DNA of 60,083 bases, taken from assembly GCA_034435075.1 (NCBI GenBank), contig DAOTYA010000045.1:1-60083 (forward strand). The letters run 5' to 3'. Positions 43,380 through 50,232 of the stretch are shown in pieces. Position 1 is the first letter of the stretch. Each line of letters starts with the position of its first letter. The notes beneath the pieces are model-generated. The model had not been told where the DNA came from, searched no databases, and saw nothing but the letters and a program-made list of their open reading frames with translations. Source of the stretch: Anaerolineae bacterium. GTDB taxonomy: Bacteria > Chloroflexota > Anaerolineae > B4-G1. Made by a program: the position numbers and the translations under genes.

Positions 43380-44591
43380 CTACTTTCCCTGGCAGGCCAT
43401 CTTCTGAGGATCGGGTTGTTTTCCTTCAGCCCAACGTCGCTCGAATTCCTGAAGATACCGGGCAGCAATGTCACGGTTGGTGACGACCACCGTGTTCTCA
43501 TCATTGCTTTTGTCCGCATTGTCGGAAAAGTTTAACGACCCGGTCACCACGATCTGATCATCAATCACAAACACTTTGTGGTGAAAAGTGCCCGGGTTAC
43601 CGTCCTGAAGCACCGGTACGCCCGCACAATAAAGCCCACGCAGGGCACTGTACTCCGTCTCGCTGCCCCGTGTCTCAAAAATGCCCCTCACATCAACACC
43701 GGCCTGGGCGCGCTCTAACACCGCTTGCTGCAAGCCATCATGCGTGAACGAGAAAGCCATAAGGCGGATGCTGCGCTGAGCACTCTGGACCAGAGGAATC
43801 AGACGATCAATAACTTTGTCCTCAGGGGCAAACAATATCTGTATCGGCGTCCCATCAATGACGAGCGCCTGATCGTCCACAGTGGAAGGTGAGGTTGGGC
43901 CAAACTGACCCGCCCACATCTCATCGAACTCGCGTTCGAAGATCGCGGCCGCACGTGGAGAGTGGATGACGAGCACATTATTATTGTTGCGGAAGTTACA
44001 GTTTACAGTCACGTTGGTCGAGCCGGTCCACACGATATTCCCGTCGAAAATCCAGAACTTGTTGTGCATGAGTGCGCCGCGCCCATCGTCCCGGACCTCT
44101 ATCCCCGCCTGCTCCATCCTGGGGAACAGCTCCAGCCCATCTTCCCTGTCGGCCTCGATCCCGTGCTCGTCGTCGGTTGCCCAACGCACTTCCACGCCGC
44201 GCCGGGCAGCGGCGATCAGCGCGTCGGCCACGACCGGCAGGTCGAACTCAAAAGCGGCAATGTGAATCGTGCTCCTGGCCCCGTTAATATAGGATATGAG
44301 CTTCTCAGGGATGGAACCTTCCAGTTTCTGTGGATCGTTGATATGCTGCGGGTCGGTGAAGTATACTTCCCACCAGCCGCCACCGCCGGCCACCTGTGGC
44401 GGCGCTTCGGTGGTCTGTGTCGGTACAGCCTCGGTGAAAAGCCCCAACGGATCGTAGCCGGTCAGCACGAAATAGCCGGCCAGCAACAGCAGGCCGATTA
44501 TGATGGCGATGGTTATGTATTGATTGATATTGCGCCGCCTTGTCGCAGTCTGCGCTTTAGCTCCACCTCGTGTCGTAGATTTTCTACTCAT
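43380..44591 (-). CDS. membrane-anchored phospholipase D-family protein (two HKD motifs)
   Basis: N-terminal helix (ITIAIIIGLLLLAGYFVL). HKD motifs MHNKFWIFDGNIVWTGSTN and FHHKVFVIDDQIVVTGSLNFSDNA. Confidence 0.88.
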   Translation of the reverse strand: MSRKSTTRGGAKAQTATRRRNINQYITIAIIIGLLLLAGYFVLTGYDPLGLFTEAVPTQTTEAPPQVAGGGGWWEVYFTDPQHINDPQKLEGSIPEKLISYINGARSTIHIAAFEFDLPVVADALIAAARRGVEVRWATDDEHGIEADREDGLELFPRMEQAGIEVRDDGRGALMHNKFWIFDGNIVWTGSTNVTVNCNFRNNNNVLVIHSPRAAAIFEREFDEMWAGQFGPTSPSTVDDQALVIDGTPIQILFAPEDKVIDRLIPLVQSAQRSIRLMAFSFTHDGLQQAVLERAQAGVDVRGIFETRGSETEYSALRGLYCAGVPVLQDGNPGTFHHKVFVIDDQIVVTGSLNFSDNADKSNDENTVVVTNRDIAARYLQEFERRWAEGKQPDPQKMACQGK

Positions 44592-45107
44592 GGCTTTCCT
44601 CCGCTGGTTTACATAGCTCTTGCCAGGTTACTGGTTACGTGCACACGAGAAGACCCGGCCCTCGCAGGCCATTTTCTTCCCTTAACCCCCGGCGTGATGA
44701 CAGGTGCAAGCTTCCCGATCTTGCGCAGCCGCCTGCTGTCACCCTCCAAAACGCGCCTGAAACCACCGGCTCAGGGCGCTCTCCGGCTGATAGTGCACCC
44801 AGCCTCAGGAAATCTGCGTCGCCTTCGCCCGAATGGAGCAGCTTCCTGCCTTGCTGATCCCCTGCTTCCGCTTCATTTCCGCTCTGATACAGCATCGGTG
44901 TCATCCCAGACAGCCCACCTGTCTGACGACGATTGTGTAAAGTCCTACCAGGCAAAGAACTCCATCACGAACTCCCAGGCGCAGTTCTCTCCAATCCCCG
45001 ACAAGACAAGGCGTGCTCAATGCCTCAGCCGCAGGCTTAACCACCTAACACAGACCGCCGTGATAGCGCGGCCGGCTCCCAGCCACTTGTTGGGCGTTGA
45101 CCACCGG

Positions 45108-45225
45108 GGGTGTCCGTCACATTTTTGCGCGAGGAGGGAGCGAGATCAGGCTATGGCTGGTCGTGGCGGCGTCGGGCGCGGCCTGGAGACCAGGCCGAGC
45201 CGGGGGATGCAAAAGACGGACACCC
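45108..45225 (-). repeat. MITE-like element carrying the SR2 module (TIR TGTCCGTC/GACGGACA)
   Basis: GGGGGTGTCCGTCACATTTTTGCG ... GCAAAAGACGGACACCC, with an interior matching the reverse complement of the 58053-58104 SR2 module. Confidence 0.7.
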
Positions 45226-45507
45226 GATCACCCGACCGGTGAGACCGCACCCTATCCAGCCCTCGCGCCCACCAGCGCACCCTCTATGGCTCTCTACACT
45301 TGCCGCTCGACAACGACCTCACTACAAGCTACGCAGCCGGACTCATTCCTCGAACCGACCACCCCGCCCTTATTGGCAAGCGGCCTGCCGCGCAAATCCC
45401 GCCAGCGATAAGAAAAGGATGCTTCACACTCACCCGCTCGGAACGAAAGGGAGTTGCCCGAAAATTTTAAGGTCCAGGAATTTCACCGCAACTCATCAGT
45501 GGCTTAT

Positions 45508-46278
45508 TCATTTACCGCGTTGCCGCATGTAAAACTCCCTTGCTTCTTCAATGCTGTATGCCGGTTTGCGCGCGTGAATTATGGCATGACAATTAGGACA
45601 AACAGGCCGCAAGTCTTCTATGGGGTCAACTTGATACTCTTCTCCGATACAAGAGAGTTCGCGCAAGTGATGAACGTGGATCAATCCCTTTCCTGCCACA
45701 CCATATATTTCCTCAAGAGTATGGCTGCAAACAACACACCGCACGCCATAGTATTCAATGCACTTTCGTCGTGCTTCCCGATTTCTCTCGAAGGCATTCA
45801 CTGCAATACGTTTTACCGCACCCTCATACAGAGTATCAGGTTCAGGAATCTCGTCGGGTATCACGAATTCGATACCAGCAAGACATCTGCCAAATAATTC
45901 GCTGCCCCTGGCATGATCGGTAATACGTTGCAACGCCAATCGAGGCATGAAGCCTATAATGTCTTGCAGTTCCCTGGGACCAACCGGCTTATTACGAAGA
46001 TCTAGAAACCAGTCAACTCTAATCCGATACTCGTTATCTCCTGTATATATTAGAGGAGGTCTATGTGCTCTCCCGTCCCATCTTTCAAGAACTCGACCCG
46101 CAGCCACAACACCCTTACAGTTGACGTACATAAAGCAGATATCGCCTGGCTTCAACTTTCCAAGTAATTTTCCATAGCGTATTGTCCCCCCGGTAAAAGC
46201 ACAACCGTGTTCCATCCACAAATCATGTGGACTAAACCCCAAGCTTCTGGCATCGGTGTTGATGATATAATACTCCAT
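45508..46278 (-). CDS. HNH endonuclease with N-terminal PUA/EVE-like domain (type IV restriction-like)
   Basis: C-terminal CVVCSHTLEEIYG..LIHVHHLRELS..LRPVCPNCHAIIH (HNH with two CxxC pairs). N-terminal KPGDICFMYVNCKGVVAAGRV beta-barrel-like pattern. Local GC visibly lower than the surroundings. Confidence 0.78.
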   Translation of the reverse strand: MEYYIINTDARSLGFSPHDLWMEHGCAFTGGTIRYGKLLGKLKPGDICFMYVNCKGVVAAGRVLERWDGRAHRPPLIYTGDNEYRIRVDWFLDLRNKPVGPRELQDIIGFMPRLALQRITDHARGSELFGRCLAGIEFVIPDEIPEPDTLYEGAVKRIAVNAFERNREARRKCIEYYGVRCVVCSHTLEEIYGVAGKGLIHVHHLRELSCIGEEYQVDPIEDLRPVCPNCHAIIHARKPAYSIEEAREFYMRQRGK

Positions 46279-46400
46279 GTCTCACCCTCAATTGACCGCA
46301 CTCCTTCCCCGGTCGTGCCTGCAGCGTGCAATGGCGCGGCAGTTGAGCTACGCGCAGCTCCAACCACCCGTTATGCAGACGCGACGGAGCGAGGTCGGCC

Positions 46401-46700
46401 CTATCTGCAGGCTGGCCCGTTGATCACCTGGCGTATTGGGGAACTTACGATGCAACAATCCTGTCGGCAAGATTGGGATACACTCTTTGAAAATCCTTCG
46501 AAGGCGAGATGGGGGATGGATGGCAAAGTTATGAGAATGGCATAGAGTTCCTCCAGGGAATGTGCGGCAGCGAGACCCTCGTCTTTCCCGCCAGTAACGC
46601 GCCTGAGCCAAGCCAGACCCTGTTCGTGAGCAGGGTGAGCCTCGACCATAGCAGCAATCAGAATGGAGGTGTCCAGCAGTATTCTCACAAGCCTGCTCAC
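46401..46700 (-). pseudogene. PIN-domain (VapC-like) toxin, apparently truncated or frameshifted
   Basis: GTG start. (M)SRLVRILLDTSILIAAMVEAHPAHEQGLAWL..AAHSLEELYAILITLP fits a PIN N-terminal half. The last ~40 aa are non-homologous and the protein stops at 99 aa, without the distal acidic residues. Confidence 0.45.
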
Positions 46701-46968
46701 TCCAGGAGGTCCAAGACACGTACGTGATTCATCTTGCTACCTCAAGTTGTATACCTTCGTCCAATCTACGCCGGGCAGCAGTCGGACAAACCCACACGCG
46801 GACAATCAGGTCAGCACGCTTATGTGTTGCCGCTTTTGTCATGCTTCTGGTTACAGGCACACGGAGTGCAGCCAGAAACCGTCCCACCATACCTGGTAAA
46901 AACTGAGCGCGCGCACGTCCTCCGGTAAAGGCCGGGGACATCCCCACCAGCTACCGGCCGGGTGCTCC

Positions 46969-47397
46969 TCACCCTGGTTCTAACAATGCACGCAGACGGG
47001 CAATGAGCCTGGACTTTGAGCATGTGCTCCTGGCGTAAAGTTCTGCCACCGCTGCGAGTCGGTGCTCGTCCGGGGGGCTGAAAGCTGCCCCATAGATAAT
47101 GGCTGCCTGAGCGGCTATCTCGGACAGGATGTCGGTCTGCATGGCGCATGAAGGAGCGGACACCCATGCGCTGACGCGGCGCATCAGACGGCGCGTGGCG
47201 CGCAGACGGGGCGCCATCGAAGCCTCAGCCTCCTCATCGTCAAACCCGACCGTCTCAAGAGCAATGCGCCTGACACAGGCTACCCCCCAGTCCAGCAGAG
47301 CCTGAGCTGCTTCATCGTCCAGGTCACCTGTGAGGCTTTCGTTCTCCAGGATGCTCTGGACAGCCAGCTTCACTCGCTCTTCAAGCCTGTCTTGCAT
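46969..47397 (-). CDS. hypothetical acidic protein (142 aa)
   Basis: Start trimmed to MQDRLEERV, because the ORF-track N-terminus overlaps the tRNA gene. No family recognised. Confidence 0.5.
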   Translation of the reverse strand: MQDRLEERVKLAVQSILENESLTGDLDDEAAQALLDWGVACVRRIALETVGFDDEEAEASMAPRLRATRRLMRRVSAWVSAPSCAMQTDILSEIAAQAAIIYGAAFSPPDEHRLAAVAELYARSTCSKSRLIARLRALLEPG

Positions 47398-47419
47398 ATC
47401 TCGCGATTTGTGATATAAT
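47392..47419 (+). promoter_or_regulatory. promoter of tRNA-Gly
   Basis: TTGCAT, a 16-nt spacer, then TATAAT; 13 nt upstream of the mature tRNA 5' end. Confidence 0.55.
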
Positions 47420-47432
47420 ATAGCCACGAAAA

Positions 47433-47505
47433 GCGGGCGTGGTTCAGTTGGTAGAACGTCTCCTTGCCAAGGAGAAGGCCACGGGTTCGAGTCCCGTCGC
47501 CCGCT
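47433..47505 (+). tRNA. tRNA-Gly (anticodon GCC)
   Basis: Hand-folded cloverleaf. Acceptor GCGGGCG/CGCCCGC, D arm GTTC/GAAC, anticodon stem TCTCC/GGAGA with loop TTGCCAA, T arm ACGGG/CCCGT with loop TTCGAGT, discriminator T. CCA is not encoded. Confidence 0.93.
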
Positions 47506-47512
47506 CTGGAAG

Positions 47513-47552
47513 CCCGACCCCAACCGATGTGGGGTCGGGTTTGTTTTTTTTT
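47513..47552 (+). terminator. intrinsic terminator of tRNA-Gly
   Basis: CCCGACCCCA-accgatg-TGGGGTCGGG followed by TTTGTTTTTTTTT. Confidence 0.85.
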
Positions 47553-47586
47553 GGGAGGCACGGGCCGGCCCCCCGTAACTGCATAA

Positions 47587-48627
47587 CTACGCTCTGCGCA
47601 CGATCAGGCGGCGCACCTCTACATCCTGCCCGCCGAACTGATATTTGTAACGTTCGTCACCCTGCATAAAATCGAACAGCTCGTAGCCCTGCTCAATGGC
47701 GTGGCGAATGGCGTAAGCGATGAGGACAATACCCGCGCCAAGCTGAGGAAAGCTCTGCCAGTCAAGGCCGGAATTGTATACCATCACGCGCTTGCGGTAC
47801 ACGAAGTTCATATAAGCTGCGGCCTTGCGCTCCCCAACCGCCAGAAACATCAATTGCAACCAGCCCGCATCACAGGTAACACGGGCCAGTTGACGGAAAA
47901 AGTCGCGCATCTGGGGCGTCAGAAACGCTTTTTTATCAGGTGTGCTGGCCGCCATCAATGCCAGAAAGTCCTCTACCTCCTCGTCCAGGTTATGTTCCGC
48001 TCCCACGATGTACCAGCGCAGACCGGCCATAGCCTCAGCACGGCGCAGTTTGCGCCGCAATTCGTGCCGGTCCTTTTTATCCAACTGTTCAAGATAGTCC
48101 TCCCAGGTAGCCGGAAGCTTCACGATGGGACAGACATCATCCCGTGTTATCGAAGTGATCCAACCGCGCTCCTGGGCCAGTGTGGGCAGGAGCACCAGCG
48201 TGGGAGAATCCTGGTGAATATTGCACAGATCGAGCAGGTCCCACTCCGACCACAGATCATCGGCCAGGCACTCTATCAGAGCACGGTAGACTGCCTCTTC
48301 CCACCCACGGGCGATGATGAAGTCAAGATAGTCGGCGACTTCCGTGCAGCCTACAATAGCCAGCGCGCGCTCCCCACGCGGTGTGTGGGTGGCGTAAAGA
48401 GGAACGATGCCTACAGGCTCGCCCTTATCGTTACGCAGCACAAGGATCAGCAAATCGCCTGTCCCCAGGCAGCGCCACCAGGTGCGTTGAAACTCGTGGG
48501 TGAGGAAAATGGTGTCTGCAGAGGAACGGTGTAACAACCCGTTCCATTCGCCCGCCAGAGCGTCGAAGCCGGTCTGGTCACGATATATATGGATGGATAG
48601 TGCTGGGATTCTCTGGTTACCGGTCAT
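47587..48627 (-). CDS. GNAT-fold acetyltransferase, CelD/BcsL (FemAB-like) family
   Basis: C-terminal FDFMQGDERYKYQFGG and the ~346-aa length are typical of the CelD-like family. Confidence 0.68.
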   Translation of the reverse strand: MTGNQRIPALSIHIYRDQTGFDALAGEWNGLLHRSSADTIFLTHEFQRTWWRCLGTGDLLILVLRNDKGEPVGIVPLYATHTPRGERALAIVGCTEVADYLDFIIARGWEEAVYRALIECLADDLWSEWDLLDLCNIHQDSPTLVLLPTLAQERGWITSITRDDVCPIVKLPATWEDYLEQLDKKDRHELRRKLRRAEAMAGLRWYIVGAEHNLDEEVEDFLALMAASTPDKKAFLTPQMRDFFRQLARVTCDAGWLQLMFLAVGERKAAAYMNFVYRKRVMVYNSGLDWQSFPQLGAGIVLIAYAIRHAIEQGYELFDFMQGDERYKYQFGGQDVEVRRLIVRRA

Positions 48628-48896
48628 CGTACAGGTATTGATGTGAGATTTGGCAGCCCGGGTGCAGCCCCAGATACAACTCCAAAGGCAGGTGAAGCTT
48701 CCGGCGGGGTCCCCTCATAGAGGCGAGGTAGAGATGGGTTGCCGCATCAACCATTTTTGTGGTATAATCGCGCCGTTCGTATCGTGCCTGCCGAAGGGCG
48801 ATCCGGGGCCTGTTTACTCACCCTGCAGCACCCGTCATTATATGCCCAAACAAAGTGCTGTCAAGTACACGCAGGCGATGTATCCCGATTTTGCTT

Positions 48897-48924
48897 GTAG
48901 GACAACTGCGAGCAGTTGTCTTAC
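48897..48924. repeat. SR3 palindrome, solo copy
   Basis: GTAGGACAACTGC-ga-GCAGTTGTCTTAC, 15 nt upstream of the ATG at 48940. Confidence 0.85.
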
Positions 48925-48939
48925 AATTGGAGAAGGAGT

Positions 48940-50070
48940 ATGGACAGAAAGGTAAGGCTTGCTTTGATTGGAGCTGGTGGCATCGGTTGCCTGCATCTGG
49001 AGAACATAGCAAGATTGGAGCTGGTCGAGCTGACGGCAGTGTGCGACAAAATGCCCGAGAAAGCACACGCCGTGGCACAGAAATACAACTGCCCTGCTTA
49101 CACCGACTATACACAACTTCTGCGTGACCGTGTGTGTGAGGCGGTACTGATCGCCACTCCACACTATGAGCATACCACGATCGGTATCGCCGCGCTGGAG
49201 TCCGGGCATCACGTGCTTGTAGAAAAGCCCATCTCCGTTCACAAAGCCGATTGCGAACGCCTGATCGCCGCGCATAAAGACAAGAGCCTTGTCTTCGCCG
49301 CGATGTTGAACCAGCGCACAGACCCACGCTACCGCAAGATCAAAGAGCTTGTTGACACAGGGGCTTTGGGACCGTTGCAGCGAGTCAACTGGATTGTTAC
49401 GGACTGGTTTCGCCCCGAGGCCTACTACGTTTCCGGCCAGTGGCGGGCTACCTGGGAAGGAGAGGGCGGTGGGGTGTTGATAAATCAATCTCTTCACAAC
49501 CTTGACCTGCTCCAGTGGATCTGCGGCATGCCCACGCGCGTCTGGGGTTTCTGTGGCCTGGGCAGGAGACACAACATCGAGGTGGAGGATGAGGTGACCG
49601 CCTATATGGAATATCCCAACGCTTGCACAGGCGTGTTCATCACCTCGACAGGAGAGGCCCCCGGGACAAACCGCCTGGAACTGGCCGGAGATATGGGGAA
49701 GCTGGTCCTCGAGGATGGGGTGCTCTCATTTACACGCAACAAAGTGCCGGCAAGCGAATTTCTGAAGACATCAAAAGAAGCTTTCGCCAAACCCGAGGTA
49801 GAACGCGTAACCTTTAACATTGAAGGCAGCGGCGGCCAACACTATGAGATACTGGAAAACTTCGCCCGTGCCATCCTGGAAGGAACGCCACTGATCGCTC
49901 CGGCTGAGGAAGGAATAAATTCTGTCGAGCTGGCCAACGCGATGCTCTACTCCTCACTTACAGGCCGTCCGGTAGAGCTGCCCATGGACGGCCTGGCGTT
50001 TGAGCAAGAATTACGTAAACTGATCGCACGCTCAGCTTCAAAAAAGGCCGGCGATGTAACTCCGGCCTGA
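48940..50070 (+). CDS. Gfo/Idh/MocA family oxidoreductase
   Basis: Start at MDRKVRLALIGAGGIGCLH (Rossmann motif) behind GGAGAAGGAG, with EKP motif (VLVEKPIS). Confidence 0.88.
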   Translation: MDRKVRLALIGAGGIGCLHLENIARLELVELTAVCDKMPEKAHAVAQKYNCPAYTDYTQLLRDRVCEAVLIATPHYEHTTIGIAALESGHHVLVEKPISVHKADCERLIAAHKDKSLVFAAMLNQRTDPRYRKIKELVDTGALGPLQRVNWIVTDWFRPEAYYVSGQWRATWEGEGGGVLINQSLHNLDLLQWICGMPTRVWGFCGLGRRHNIEVEDEVTAYMEYPNACTGVFITSTGEAPGTNRLELAGDMGKLVLEDGVLSFTRNKVPASEFLKTSKEAFAKPEVERVTFNIEGSGGQHYEILENFARAILEGTPLIAPAEEGINSVELANAMLYSSLTGRPVELPMDGLAFEQELRKLIARSASKKAGDVTPA

Positions 50071-50232
50071 GATAAAAGCAACTTTCCCCGCGATGGATGG
50101 AATGGCCGGCCCGCTGACAACGCCTCATGTAACAGATTTGCCCGATGATTGGTTTCCCCGCCACCTCCTGGCGTCTGGCCGATTGAGTCCCCCAATGAAC
50201 CACTGGATACCAGCTACGGAGAAAGGAGTGTA

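Noticed and set aside
46729-46842. 37-aa ORF MTKAATHKRADLIVRVWVCPTAARRRLDEGIQLEVAR as the antitoxin of the PIN gene.
   Set aside because: It has only a faint resemblance to AbrB/SpoVT-type antitoxins, is too short, and sits 28 nt from the toxin start instead of overlapping it. It is mentioned in a finding but not listed as a feature.
44592-47505. Reading the HNH/PIN islet as a tRNA-Gly-integrated genomic island.
   Set aside because: - The islet lies on the 5' (promoter) side of the tRNA, not at its 3' end.
- I found no duplicated tRNA 3' fragment (att repeat).
- The only integrase-like gene in the window is 7 kb away and looks catalytically inactive.
47398-47523. N-terminal 42 residues of ORF 46969-47523 (minus strand).
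   Set aside because: This part is the antisense translation of tRNA-Gly and its promoter. The CDS was trimmed to ATG 47397.
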